In this document: positions 1 through 12,041 of the stretch, piece after piece
Layout of the letters: each line of letters opens with the position of its first letter
Numbering within the stretch: position 1 is the first letter of the stretch
Source: Octopus vulgaris
Lineage: Eukaryota
Direction of reading: 5' to 3'
Assembly: GCA_951406725.2 (NCBI GenBank)
Contig: OX597818.1
Span: 106,268,001 to 106,332,000, forward strand
Length of the DNA stretch: 64,000 bases
The notes under the pieces: generated by a model
What the model was told of the DNA's origin: nothing
Seen by the model: only the letters and a program-made list of their open reading frames with translations
Databases searched by the model: none
Translations under genes and position numbers: made by a program

Positions 1-199
1 TGTTCACTTCCCTTGTATTGGGACTTATTTTATCTTATTTCTATATTATTGTAGTGATGAATTGTTAGAAGTGCATTGTTACTCAGTCTTTCTTGATGAG
101 TGTGTGGGTGGAATCTGCATCCTATATTGACATAGCTTCTGTTATTGGTCATAAGGTTCTGTTTTTTTTTTGGGGTGTCTGGGGGGGAATTTTTACTTC

Positions 200-455
200 A
201 ATATTTTTATCTAGCCATTATGTTTCTAGCAGTTGTAATTTGTTTGTTTCTTTTCACTGTATTCTCCATTGTGTTCTGCAGTTCTTTCACACAAGCTGCA
301 CACTGTCTCTCCTGTGTTGATTGAGGTGGTGTCCTTATACTGCCTTTCCACGTACCTCATATGAGAGACAATGTCTCTAATTTTGTAGTTTATTTTCAAG
401 TTTATTGCACATACATTGTAGTTGTTGCCAATGCAAGATGTTTTCTTAAATGGGC
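200..455 (-). mobile_element. Penelope-like element, degenerate GIY-YIG endonuclease fragment
   Basis: Minus-strand frame reads SCIGNNYNVCAINLKINYKIRDIVSHMRY...SINTGETVCSLCERTAEH, resembling the PLE pattern C..C...IVY...YIGET.RSL.ER..EH. Confidence 0.5.
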
Positions 456-464
456 TTGATATAC

Positions 465-1905
465 ATATGAAGCTGGGCTGAAAAGTTCATAGGCTGACTA
501 TGACGGAATGATGTTAAAGCTGTCAAGTTGTGCATGCATTAACTTCAACCTTTCTTGTTAATAGCTGTATTGTTTCTTTTCAGAAACTGACATCTGACTG
601 TTCAAAGACGACTTCAAAAGTAACTGGTGGCAATTTTTCTTTATAAAAATCAGCAAAATTTGGCATCATGGTGTTTTCAAGTACTTACAGAAAAACAGTT
701 TAGTGCCCAAAGGGTTCATGCTGATATGGTTGCTGCATTAGGGAATGAAACTCCAGCTTTATCAACAGTGCAAAAGTGGGCTGCTTGAAGATAACCTAAT
801 GTCTGGACATCCTGCAACTGCCACCATCAAGGAAAACATGGTGATGGATGAAAGGTGACTGACTATAAATCATTTAGCCAATGCTATTAGAATTTCATGT
901 GAGATAGTGGAGAACGTTCTGAAGGCACATGGCTCAGTGGTTAGAGCATTGGGCTCACAATCATGAGGTAGTGAGTTCAATTCCCAAACTGGTCTGTGTG
1001 TTGTGCACTTGAGCAAGACATGTTATTGCACATTGTTCCAGTTCACTCAGGTGTGGAAATGAGTTGCACCATCACTGGTGCCAGACTCTACTTTGTCTTT
1101 CCTTTGGGTAACATCGGTTGCCAAGAGAGAAGGGGAGGCTGGTATGCATGGGCAACTGCTGGTCTTCCATAAAAAACAACCTTGCTTAGGTTTACACTTC
1201 AGAGGGTAACTTTGTAGGTGCAATCCCATGGTCATTCATGACCACAGGGGGTCTTTACTCTTTATCCTTACTCAATGGATGACAGGTGATTGACTATAAA
1301 TCAAATAGCCAATGCTATTAGCATTTTGTGTAAGAGAGTGGAGAATATTCTGCACAATGAACTTGACATGATGATGGTTTCTGCTTGGTGAATGCCATGT
1401 TTTCTGACTCGTGGTCAAAAGTGCACCATGCTGATCACATCATGTAATAACTTGACATTGTTTGAGGCCAGTTGGTTTCTTAAATGTTTCCTAACCCAGG
1501 ATGAGCAGAGTGATCATCACCTTGAACCAGGGACAAAGAGACAGTCTATGCAATGGAAACCGCCCCTCCTCACCTGCTCCTGACAAAGTCACGGTCGTTT
1601 CATCTGCAGGGAATCGAATGGCTTCAATTTTTTGGAATGCTTATTGAGTATCTTCCAAAGGGCCACACCATCAATGAGAGTACTATACCAACTTACTGAA
1701 GTAGTTATGAAGGGCTTCAAGACCAAATACCCAGGAAAACTAACAAAAGGGGCCTTGTTTCATCAGGACAATGTTCCAGTAGAGAAGTCATTGGTTCCAA
1801 TGTCTGCTGTGCATGTTTGTGGCTTTGAACTGGTTGATCACTGTCCCTATTCTCCTGATTTAGCTCCATCTGATTCTCATCTGTTCCCCAACATGGAGAA
1901 ACACA
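465..1905 (+). mobile_element. Mariner (DD34D) transposon relic, interrupted by a SINE
   Basis: TIR-like TATGAAGCTGGGCTGAAAAGTTC; HTH region (MVAALGNETPALSTVQKWAA); W*MPCFLT (WVPxxL), LTQDE..EPGTKRQSMQW, FHQDN, YSPDLAPSD; stops and frameshifts. Confidence 0.9.
922..1270 (+). mobile_element. tRNA-derived SINE, family A
   Basis: A box TGGCTCAGTGG, B box GTTCAATTCC; homologous to copies at 10091-10432 and 46965-47230. Confidence 0.85.
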
Positions 1906-2159
1906 GGAAGGGCTGTGGTGGGCATGTGGGGTTGGCAAGGTGCAAGTGGCCAGTTGGAAGTGGTCAGTATATGAGAGTAGACCTGTTAGATGGTATAGCA
2001 GCAGGCAGCATGTGGATGTTGTGAGTGACTCCTTTCACATAGACAGATGGTATAGTGGCAGATAAAGTACATGGACATTGTGAATGACCCCTTCCAGATA
2101 GACAGGCAAGACCACTGTAATTCTCCCTCTGCTTCTGTCTTTTCCTCCACATCACAAGT

Positions 2160-3160
2160 TATTTTGGCTTAAAAAAATGTATGCATCCCTTGATCATGTT
2201 TGCATGCATGAGGCTGATGATATAAGACTTGGAAGGCAGCTCTTTGAGCAGCATTCCTTGTCTGATAAACTTAAATACATGCCCAAAGAAGTTACACAAC
2301 TCTACCTCAACATATCATTAGATGAAAGGACGAGCATATGTGAGCAGAAAATCATGCAATTAGTAGAAAGCTCAGATATGATAGTAACTTTGATCACCAA
2401 AGCGGTCTATCATGGACTCATAACTGGATTACTACCTTCCAGTTTGAAGGGTGTGTTTGCAATCCAGGAACAGGAAATATGCACCAAATACCTGATACAC
2501 AAAAGGGACAGAAATGCAAGAAATGCAGTAAAATGTGACAACCAGTGCAAACTTGGTGGAGTTAACACTGAAGATATCACCCACATCATAATACTGTAAT
2601 GACATTTTCAGACAACTGCTTATCTACCAATGAGACATGATGTTATAGCTAGGACACTGTATCAGGAAATCCATTGAAAGGATAACCCCGAGGGCAAAGA
2701 AATAAGAACCCACTGTATGGTGCAAGCCATAGGCACTCATAATAAAAAGGAGCATTGGTGGAATGTTCCAGTGAAAGCCTCAATAAAATGTTAACACAAT
2801 AGACCTGATATAAGGATTTGGGATAGAGAAGAGAAAATGTGTACATTTGTGGAAATCAACTGCTCAGCAGAAGTTAATATAAAGCTAAAGATCAGCAAAA
2901 GAAAATATCTATACTGAACTACTGAGAAATCTGCAGTTACTCTCTTCAGACCACATGTGCAGGTTTATACCTGTAATTATTGGGGCACTGGAATATGTAA
3001 CACACTGCCTACATACCAATCTTGAGAGATAAGGCTTCTCAAAACCAGAAAGGAGAAAGCTGATTTGAAGACTACAGATCCAATCCATCTCTGGAACTGT
3101 AAAAATCTGTAAAATTTTCCAGAAGTTTATCAAGTATATATGAACATGTCTAGACATGAA
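2160..3160 (+). mobile_element. R4/Dong-like non-LTR retrotransposon, 3' part (zinc knuckle + restriction-like endonuclease), decayed
   Basis: VFAIQEQEI..CDNQCKL..EDITHII, YLPMRHDVIA, HNRPDIRIWD..CTFVEINC, FIPVIIGAL, LQIQSISGTVKICK. Confidence 0.8.
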
Positions 3161-3221
3161 AGTTTATGCATGAGAAGACATACATAAAACAAAACATACA
3201 AATTTGTACGTACACATACAA

Positions 3222-4890
3222 ACGTACCTAGCCAAAAATAAACTTCTGTACCTGACTTTCATTGAGATGGAGAAAGCCTTTGACAGGTTCTTCTGATCCC
3301 TTATCTGGTGATCAATGCAGAAACTAGGGAAAGATGAGTGGTTGGTGAGAGCTGTACAAGCCATGTACAGGGACATTGTCAGTAAGGTAAAGGTTAGCAA
3401 TGAGTATAGTGAAGAATTCCAAGTAGAAGTAGGGGTTCACTAAGGATCAGTCCTCAGCCACCATTTATTCATCATAGTCCTCCAGGTAATAACAGAGGAA
3501 TTCAAGACAGGCTGCTTCTGGGAACACCTCTATGGTGATGACCAGAACTATAGAAGTTTCAGGTGTGGAAGTAAGGTCTAGAATTGAAGGGCCTTAGAGT
3601 CAATCTAGCAAAAGCCAAAGTCTTAACATGTAGGAAGGCAGACAAATCACAAATCCCTTCAAGTAGATGGCTCTGCTTGAGCTGTAGAAAAGGCATAGGT
3701 AGAAACTCCAAAAATGTACCCAGTGTAAGCTATGGATACATAAGAGGTGCAGCAATATGAAAGGAAGGTTAACTGGGAAGATAGTTTTTGTGTGGCAAAT
3801 GCACAGGTGCAATAAGCACCAAAGATGTACAGAAAACAGATTCCATCACATGCCAGGGGGAAAAACTAGAAGTAGTTGATAACTTCTGTTATCTAGGTGA
3901 CCAAGTCAGTAGCAGGGATGGATGCTTTGTGAGCATGGCTGCTAGAATAAGAATAGCCTGGGCAAAGTTCAGAGAGCTCCTACTTCTGCTGGTAACAAAG
4001 AGCCTCTCACTCAGTGTGAAAGGTAGATGTATGTGTGTGAACAGACGTTGCACGGCAGTGAAACATGGGCTGTGACTGCTGAGGACTTGTGTAGGCTTGA
4101 AAGAAATTAAGCTAGAATGCTCTGCAGGATGTGTAATGTCAGTGTGCATACATGACAGAGTGTAAGTGCCCTGAGAGAAAGGTTGGACATAAGAAGCATT
4201 AGATGTGGTGTGCAAGAGAGATGGCTGCAATGATCATCTGGTGTGTATGGATAAGGACAGCAGTATGAAGAACTATCACACCCTAACAGTGGAAGGAACC
4301 TGTGGAAGAGGTGGACCCAGGAAGAGATGGGGTGAGATGGTGAAGCATGACCTTTGAACGTTGGGCCTCACAGTGGCAATGACAAGTGACTGAGACCTTT
4401 GAAGATATGCTGTGCTTGAGAAGACCCAGCACACCAAGAGAGATCGTATCTGTGGCCTATATCAGTGTCATATAACTGGTCTGTTTAAAAGTATCCTTAA
4501 ATCATTGGGCAATATGCTGTGATTGAGAAGACCTGTTGAGTCAAGTGAAATTGTTGTTGTGGCCAATGCCATTGCTGCCTGACTAGCACCCATGCCAGTG
4601 GCATGTAAAAAGTATCATTCAAATGTGGACGATGCCAGTGCTGCCTGACTGGCTCTCATGCTGGTGGCATGTAAAAAGCACCATTCAAGCATGGTCATTG
4701 CCAGTGCCACCTGACTGGCCCCAATGCTGGTGGCACATAAAAACCCCACTACACTCTCAGAGTGGTTGGTGCTAGGAAGGGCAACCAGCTGTTGAAACAT
4801 TGCCAGAACAGACTGAAGCCTGGTGCAACCTCCTGGCTTGCCAGTCCTTAGTCAAACCGTCCAACTCATAAATGATTATGATGATGATAC
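3222..4890 (+). mobile_element. RTE LINE, 5'-truncated and decayed (RT C-half, 3'UTR repeats, GAT tail)
   Basis: Colinear with 7170-8870; MEKAFDR, CTQCKLWIHKRC, FCYLGDQVSS; many stops; ends in ATGATGAT. Confidence 0.92.
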
Positions 4891-5209
4891 ATGCAAAAAT
4901 ACCCTGTTGATGCTGAAATTTCAATGAAGAAGTCTTGGATTTTGGTTAGAAACTGGCTCTTTCTCTACTGGCAAGAAATCTTGAAATAAAACCGAATAAT
5001 GACATACATATGCACATAATTCACATACACACATAGGCATTTCACACCATGCATCAAGCTATAAACATCCATAAGTACATGGTATATAGTAATGTAGATG
5101 GTTGTAAGGTACAGATTTATTATACAAATGTATCCATACAAGCCCACCCAATCTTAAAACATAAATTTGATTAATTTTATTAAAGTTATGCCAGAAAGTT
5201 TATGCTTAC

Positions 5210-5336
5210 CTGTAAGAGTATATAACTTTACATCTTTCTTAATGGTCTCACCCACCATAAATGGAGGCATCGTTTTTGGTGATGGAATGCGTATAGTGTT
5301 ATTGTTAGAGTCAAAACCTTCCAAACGGCCTTTGAT
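5210..5336 (-). CDS. Host gene exon (IKGRLEGFDSNNNTIRIPSPKTMPPFMVGETIKKDVKLYTLT-G), uncharacterised protein
   Basis: atttcag| acceptor, CAG|gtaagc donor, 127 bp; only phase-0 frame is open; joins in frame to 9398-9495. Confidence 0.75.
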
Positions 5337-6964
5337 CTGAAATTCAGACATATTTCTAATTTTAACCCAAAGAGTAATCAGAAGGAAAATAATACAGGGA
5401 AGACTTGGTAAATAAACGAAAAATATTTTTGCATTTTGATATTTTTTTAATATTTAGCATGGCAGAAAAGAAAATATTTGACAGGTGTTGGTCTCATATG
5501 AGCATGAAGAACATTCTGTCCATTCAGAAATCAATTAAATAACAGTCATAGTGCAAAATTTACTCTGCATCAGCTTGATTCTAATTTAGCATGGAATCTC
5601 TTATTTGTTGAATAACAGATATATTAATGCATTACATATCCACCTCCAAAAAGAGAGGAATCTCCTGATTTGAGTTCAAATGAATGTTATTAACTGATCT
5701 GAATTATATAGGATTGATTACTCAGAGAATTTCACAAGACACCATAACTTCTTTTCTGACTTGGAACTTCATTGCATATTGAAACTACATTGACAACTAC
5801 CACCTCCACTTCAACTAAATAATGACAGTTCTAAACACCACAGTATAGTTCTAGATACTACAATACACTCACCAGTAACTCTAGAGGTAGAATCTATGCT
5901 CTGTACACAAGACAGCATGCTGATTTCTTCACAAAGACATACAATGAAATGCAACATTTATTACTTTTATAATGAACAGTTGTGCAAGTTGCTGGAAAAC
6001 AGAGTAAGATGGAAAGAATAGCATAAAATTTCTTTGTTGAGAAAAATTGAAGAAAGGTTTTATAATGGAACTAACTGCTAATAGTAAGTGGACTGGACAG
6101 TTGCCAAAGAAAGCTTTCGACTAACTTTGTTTTGTTTAGATTCTTTTTAACCTCCTTCAAACATGTGTTCAAGCATGAAGAGCTCCCACACTTTCAAATA
6201 TCTTCCAGAGTTCTATTTTTGTTTTGAAGAGTCTGAAGGGCTTGTGTGTGTGTGTGTGTGTGTGTGTTTGTGCACGCACGCAGGTATGTGTGTGTGTCAC
6301 AGAGAAGGCATTGACAAAAGATATAATATGTGATTTATACACAAGTACAAATAATAGTGACATTCTCTGAGAATAGTTGCAAGGTAAAAAAAAGACAAAG
6401 TAAAATATAGAGTTATAAAACATTTCCCATTGCATGAAATGTGCATGGCAAAAGTCAGTTATTTATGTTTAATAAATGGTATTAAAAAAAACTATTATGT
6501 AACTGGCTATTTTGACCCAAAAGTTGATTTCTTAAATGATAATGATATTAGAATATTCTTGACACAGTGCTAATAATTGTCAGTCTGTAAGTTATTGTAA
6601 TTGTTGGAGGTCTCATTGCAAATTTGTAATTTAGAAGAAAGGCAGAGATTTAATAATAATTATACTTTACAAACTTAAATGGCTTGGGTTGGGTACTTGT
6701 ACAGATGAACAGCAGTGGAAATTTTAGGCAGAAATTGAAAGTAAAGAAGTATTAAAATAAATTAGACTGGTTTCAGAACTGCTACAAATAACCAAGCGCA
6801 TAAGAACAAAACAATTTCTTCCGAAACCTAATGTCCTATTTTGTACTGTGTCCGGTCTTTCAAGGAGAAAAAAAAGAGAAATTGCATTGTCTCTACAATA
6901 AACTATACAATCTAATGAAGAATCAGCTACAAAGACAAAATGAAATTTTCTTTGGGTTAAAAAG

Positions 6965-8870
6965 TGATTTGCTACAAAGGTAAAGGTGACGCACTAGATA
7001 CAAATAATTACAGAGGTATCAAGCTGTTGGATCAGGTAATGAAGGTTACGGAGAGGGTCATAGCCCAACTAATTAGAGAGAGAGTTAGTTTAGATGAGAT
7101 GCAGTTTGGATTCGTGCCAGGGAAAAGCACCACTGATGCCATATTCCTGGTAAGACAGATGCAGGAGAAATATCTAGCCAAAGATAAGCCCCTGTACCTG
7201 GCTTTCGTTGACATGGAGAAAGCCTTTGACAGGGTCCCCCGATCCCTTATCTGGTGGTCAATGAGGAAACTAGGGATAGATGAATGGTTAGTGAGAGCTG
7301 TGCAAGCCATGTACAGGGACGCAGCTCGTAAGGAGAGGGTCGGCAACAAGTACAGTGAAGAATTTCGGGTAGAGGTGGGGTCCACCAAGGTTCAGTCCTC
7401 AGCCCCCTCCTATTTATCGTAGTCCTCCAGGCAATAATGGAGGAATTCAAGACAGGATGCCCCTGGGAGCTCCTCTATGCTGATGACCTTGCTCTAATTA
7501 CTGAGTCACTATCAGAACTGGAGGAGAAGTTTCAGGTGTGGAAGCAAGGATTAGAATCGAAGGGCCTTAGAGTCAACCTAGCTAAAACCAAAGTCCTAAT
7601 AAGTAGGAAGGTAGACAAGTCACAAACGCCTTCAGGTAGATGGCCTTGCTCGATCTGTAGGAAAGGCGTAGGTAGAAACTCTATAAGATGCACCAAGAGT
7701 AAGCTATGGACACATAAGAGGTGCAGCAACGTCAAGGGAAGACTAACTAGGAAGATAGTTTTTGTATGTGGCAGATGCTCAGGAGCAATAAGCACTGAAA
7801 TTGCGCAGAGAGCAACTTCCGCCACATTCCAGGGAGAAAAACTAGAAATAGTTGATAGCTTCCATTACCTAGGTGACCAAGTCAGTAGCGGGGGCGGGTG
7901 TGCTGAAAGTGTAACTGCTAGAGTAAGAATAGCTAGAGTAAGAATAGCCTGGGCAAAGTTCAGAGAGCTCTTACCTCTGCTGGTGACAAAGGGCCTCTCG
8001 CTCAGAATAAAAGGCAGACTGTACGATGCATGTGTACGAACATCCATGCTACATGGCAGTGAAACATGGGCCATGACTGCTGAGGATATGCGTAAGCTTG
8101 CAAGAAATGAAGCCAGTATGCTCCGATGGATGTGTAATGTCAGTGTTCATACTCGACAGAGTGTAAGTACCTTGAGAGAGAAGATGGACCTAAGAAGCAT
8201 CAGTTGCGGTGTGCAAGAGAGACGTTTGCGCTGGTATGGCCATGTGGCGAGAATGAATGAAGATAGTTGTGTGAAAAAGTGCCACACCCTAGCTGTTGAG
8301 GGAACCTGTGGAAGAGGCAGACCCAGGAAAACCTGGGATGAAGTGGTGAAGCACGACCTTTGAACTTTAGGTCTCACCGAGGAAATGACTAGAGACCGAG
8401 ACCTTTGGAAGTATGCTGTGCGTGAGAAAACCCGGCAGGACAAGTGAGACCATAACCCATGGCCTCAGTCCACTTATGCATACCTTTCCTTCTTGGGACA
8501 CAAAACTCTACTTGTGAAGACCTGTTGAGGCAAGTGTAAATACAAGACCAAAAATCAAAAATCAAAATCGATCAACATGAATGGAAATTGTAGCTGTGAT
8601 ACCAGTGCCAGTGGCACATAAGAGAACCATCCGAACATGGCTGTTGCCAGCGCCGCCCTGACTAGCTTCCGTGCCGGTGGCATGTAAAAAGCACCATCCG
8701 ATCGTGGCTGTTGCCAGCCTCGCCTGGCCTCCGTGCCGGTGGCACGTAAAAAGCACCATCCGATTGTGGCCGTTAGCCAACTACGTCTGGCACCTGTGCC
8801 GGTGGCACGTAAAAAGCACCCACTACACTCATGGAGTGGTTGGCATTAGGAAGGGCATCCAGCCGTAGAA
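6965..8870 (+). mobile_element. RTE LINE, youngest copy in window (RT with PHD-type insertion), non-functional
   Basis: NYRGIKLL, QFGFVPGKSTTDAIF, FVDMEKAFDRV, LLYADD, FHYLG, LRWYGHV, GRGRPRKTW; one frameshift near 7380, a 15-bp duplication at 7917-7946, TGA at 8361; 5' truncated, 3' end cut at a SINE. Confidence 0.95.
8605..8820 (+). repeat. RTE 3'UTR tandem array, 4 units of about 62-66 bp with hairpin core GTGCC-GGT-GGCAC-GTAAAAAGCACC
   Basis: Units start at 8605, 8671, 8733, 8796; related arrays at 4590-4745, 17175-17340, 34585-34930, 52885-53010, 55331-55492. Confidence 0.9.
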
Positions 8871-8948
8871 TTTGAACTCACAACGTAACGGCAAACGAAA
8901 TACCGCTAAGCATTTCACCTAGTGTGCTAATGTTTCTGCCAGCTCATC
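8868..8948 (-). mobile_element. SINE family C head fragment
   Basis: Reverse complement matches 61075-61165 (GAGCTGGCAGAAAC...GAGTTCAAATTC). Confidence 0.6.
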
Positions 8949-9397
8949 ACTCAACATCTTAAATATTGCATATGGCAAGTGATAGTAACTCAGCTGCTCA
9001 GAATTACCGTCTGCACAAAATTAACAGCCAAGCTAGGATTAATACACAAACTACAGAAAGGAAAAAAAATCTAATAAAATAATAATATTCATGTTGCCGG
9101 AAGAAATGTTGATATAGGGATTCAGTGATTATTAATCTGACAAACATAAGAAAGGGTACTGAAATTGATATAAGGTTTTCTTCTCTTAACTGCATAAGCA
9201 TTTTTGTTAAGGATTTTCTTTCCCTTAATAAGATAGCATTCTCTTAACTATGGACAACATATATGGACACAACTGATCAAGGTTAACTGAAAAGAGAATA
9301 CCACATCTAATTAAAAATATGAGATAAGTAAACATGAGAATAAGATTTCCATGGTCTTCCTTGATAAAGATTGAATACAGTGAAATCTTGTACTTAC

Positions 9398-9495
9398 TGC
9401 TGACTGAAGTCCTACAATCAAACCATTGTTGTCATATATAGGCTGTGAGAGAAGGTCATTGGGTCGCCGCCAAAGAAAACCATGATAATATTTTG
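9398..9495 (-). CDS. Host gene exon (T-KYYHGFLWRRPNDLLSQPIYDNNGLIVGLQSA)
   Basis: ttttctttgcag| acceptor, GCA|gtaagt donor, 98 bp, phase 1 to 0; in frame with both neighbouring exons. Confidence 0.8.
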
Positions 9496-10090
9496 CTGCA
9501 AAGAAAATTTAAAGGACCTTAGAAATATATGGGAAATAGATCAAAAATGAATTATGATTTTTAAATCTCATTCTAAAGAAGATTTTCTTGTAAAATAATT
9601 GCATTGTTTACAACAGTAAATAAATAGACCCAAAACTCAGCTCTTACAACTGAGTCTTTGTAGCTCAGCAACATTATCCAACCAACGAATGAGGAAACTA
9701 AATTTCACTTGGGACAGGAGCCATTTTAAAGGGTCCTAACCATGTTGCAAACATTTTGTTCATTTGTTTGTTTGTTTTATGTTTGTCTTTCTATCCTGGC
9801 AACGGGCTGGACAGGTATTTATTTCAGGAAGCATTTTTATGGTTAGATGCTCTTCTTGTGGTTAACCCCCTTAGGCTTTCACAAGTAATGGGGTGTTTTT
9901 ATTCCACTTCTTAGCAAGCAGGAATGTAAACATGATGAAACTGTGTTTTGGCTCAGACAATCTCCGGCAAGAAGTAGAAACAATAACTTTTATGCGCATG
10001 CACACACACACACACACACACACACATTATTCACTCATTTGTTTTTGTTCTGTTTCTCAGTGCTAGCATTGATTAGACACACACACACAT

Positions 10091-10432
10091 AAAGGGTAAA
10101 GACCCCCTTCGGTCATGAATGACCATGGGATTGCACCTAGAAAGTTACCCTCCTAGACACAAGTCCGGGCAAGGTTGTTTATGGAAGACCAGCAGTCGCC
10201 CATGCATACCAGCCTCCCCTCTCCACGCCACCAGTGTTATCCAAGGGAAAGACAAAGGTTGATACAGCTTGGCACCAGTGACGTCGCAACTCATTTCTAC
10301 AGCTGAGTGAACTGGAGCAACGTGAAATAAAGTGCCTTGCTCAAGAACACAACACGCAGCCCGGTCCGGGATTCAAGCTCACAGCCTCACGATCGTAAGC
10401 TCGACGCTCTAACCACTGAGCCATGCGCCTTC
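10091..10432 (-). mobile_element. tRNA-derived SINE, family A (young, CpG-rich copy)
   Basis: GGCGCATGGCTCAGTGGTTAGAGCG head; full-length match to 922-1270. Confidence 0.9.
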
Positions 10433-11036
10433 ACACATATATATACACACACACATATAAACAAAGCATTATTTTGCGGCCAGTTGCCCTTCCTATCACT
10501 AGCCCATACCTGCTTTTCAAGTAACAAAAACCTTGGGCACCTTTTTTGAATTCCATATGACAAACACTCATGGACATGCTTTCAAAATCAAAAAAACAGC
10601 ACAGCACCCATGACTTTCAGAAACATTTTTTCACACTCAGAATTGTTGAAGCATGGAATAAACTACCTGCATCAGCCCTAGCTGTCGAGACACTACATCT
10701 TTAAAAACTTCCATGCTTCCTGATATCTGCCAACACTACACCTGATGGGTTTTTTTTCTTAGTTGTAGTGCACCTGAGTACTGTAAACAACAATTTATTT
10801 CATATATATAAGGGAACTTTTATTTCAGACATCACTGAAGGCATAAAGTGTGTGGATGATTTTTTTTTAAGTGACAAAAATACCAGTCATAGAGAGTGAC
10901 CATTTATAGAGTACAAATGTAAGTACATAAACACATACACACAAGCATGCATGCACATTCATACATATACATCATCATCATTGTTGTCCTTCTCCTCATC
11001 ATCATCAGCCTCATCTTCATCATCTTCCTCCTAATA

Positions 11037-11448
11037 GGCACAGGTGCGGCTGTGTGATTCGGAGCCTGCTTCCCAACCACATAGTTCCAGGTTCAGTCCC
11101 ACTGTGTGTCACCTTGGGAAAGTGCCTTCTACTATAACCTCAAGCCGACCAAAGCCTTGTGAGTGGATTGGGTAGACAGAAACTGAAAGAAGCCTGTTGT
11201 ATATATATATTATATGTATATATTTATTTGCATGTCTTTGTGTCTATGTCCTCCTACCATCACTTGACAACTGATGTTGGTGTGTTTATGTACCCATAAC
11301 TTAGCAGTTCAGTTAAAGAGACTGATAGCATAAGTACTAGGCTTACAAAGAATAATTCCTGAGGTTGACTGTTTCAACTGAAAACCTTTCAAAGCAGTAC
11401 TCCAGCATAGCTGAAGTCAAAATGACTGAAACAGGTAGAATAAAAGAA
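11037..11448 (+). mobile_element. tRNA/CORE-like SINE, family B, with internal TA/TG microsatellite
   Basis: Colinear with 28026-28464. Confidence 0.85.
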
Positions 11449-11459
11449 CCCTCCTCCTT

Positions 11460-11990
11460 ATCATCATCATCATCACCAAAAACAACATCAGGTGTCTGTT
11501 TTCCATGCTGGCATGGGTTGGATGGTTTGACAAGATCTGCTGAGCTACAGAGCTTCACTGAGCTCTAATGTCGGCTTTGGCAAGGCTTCTATGGGTGGAT
11601 GCTCTTCTTATATGACCATCACCATCAACATTTAACTTCTGTTTTCTATGCTGGCATGGGTTGGATGGCTTGGCAGGAACTTGCCAGGCCCTGCAGGTTC
11701 CAAAGTCTGTTTGGGCTTGGTTTCTTCAGCTGGAAGCCCTTCCTAATGCCAACCACATTTTTATGTGGCATTATCACCAGTGCTTTTTACATGGCACCAG
11801 CACCAACACCAGTGCTTATTATGGGACATCATGGTTTTAGGATCTCAATTCTGTTGTGGTGGGTGGGTCTTTTTGGAGTATAGCAATGCACCTCCTGTCT
11901 TCGTCCTCTGTCATCTCTTTTGTTAGGCTCAGTATTTTGAGATCAGCCTTCAATACTTTGTCCTTGTCCTCCTGGGTCTCCCTTTCCAAC
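11460..11990 (-). mobile_element. Two stacked RTE 3'-end fragments
   Basis: (CAT)n followed by TTCCATGCTGGCATGGGTTGG at about 11500 and about 11645. Confidence 0.8.
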
Positions 11991-12041
11991 AATGTCCCTC
12001 CACTTCAAGTGTATACATGTGTGTGTGTGTTTGTGTATATA

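Noticed and set aside
922-1000. tRNA genes at A-box/B-box sites
   Set aside because: All are SINE heads continuing into repeated SINE bodies, and I could not draw a complete cloverleaf.
1985-2095. Two degenerate ~60-bp direct repeats (AGATGGTATAG...GTGA.TGAC)
   Set aside because: Only two diverged units and no further structure; probably TE-internal.
4900-5003. Possible hammerhead variant (ATGAAGA..GAAACTGG); similar GGCTGG..CCAGCC-GAAA at 62329-62370
   Set aside because: No convincing core or stem I could be drawn from these single copies.
6964-8363. Two long ORFs (152 and 308 aa) as functional genes
   Set aside because: They are one 5'-truncated RTE ORF broken by a frameshift and a premature TGA, with no endonuclease domain.
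8605-8820. CRISPR-like array (palindromic ~25-bp repeat with ~38-bp spacers)
   Set aside because: The spacers are homologous to one another, the array is a fixed part of an RTE 3'UTR, the DNA is eukaryotic and there are no cas genes.
9008-9050. 43-bp minus-strand segment with good splice sites (tttctgtag|...ACG|gtaatt)
   Set aside because: The upstream exon ends in phase 0, so inclusion gives FVY-stop, and the flanking exons already join in frame. At most a poison or pseudo-exon; it needs RNA-seq.
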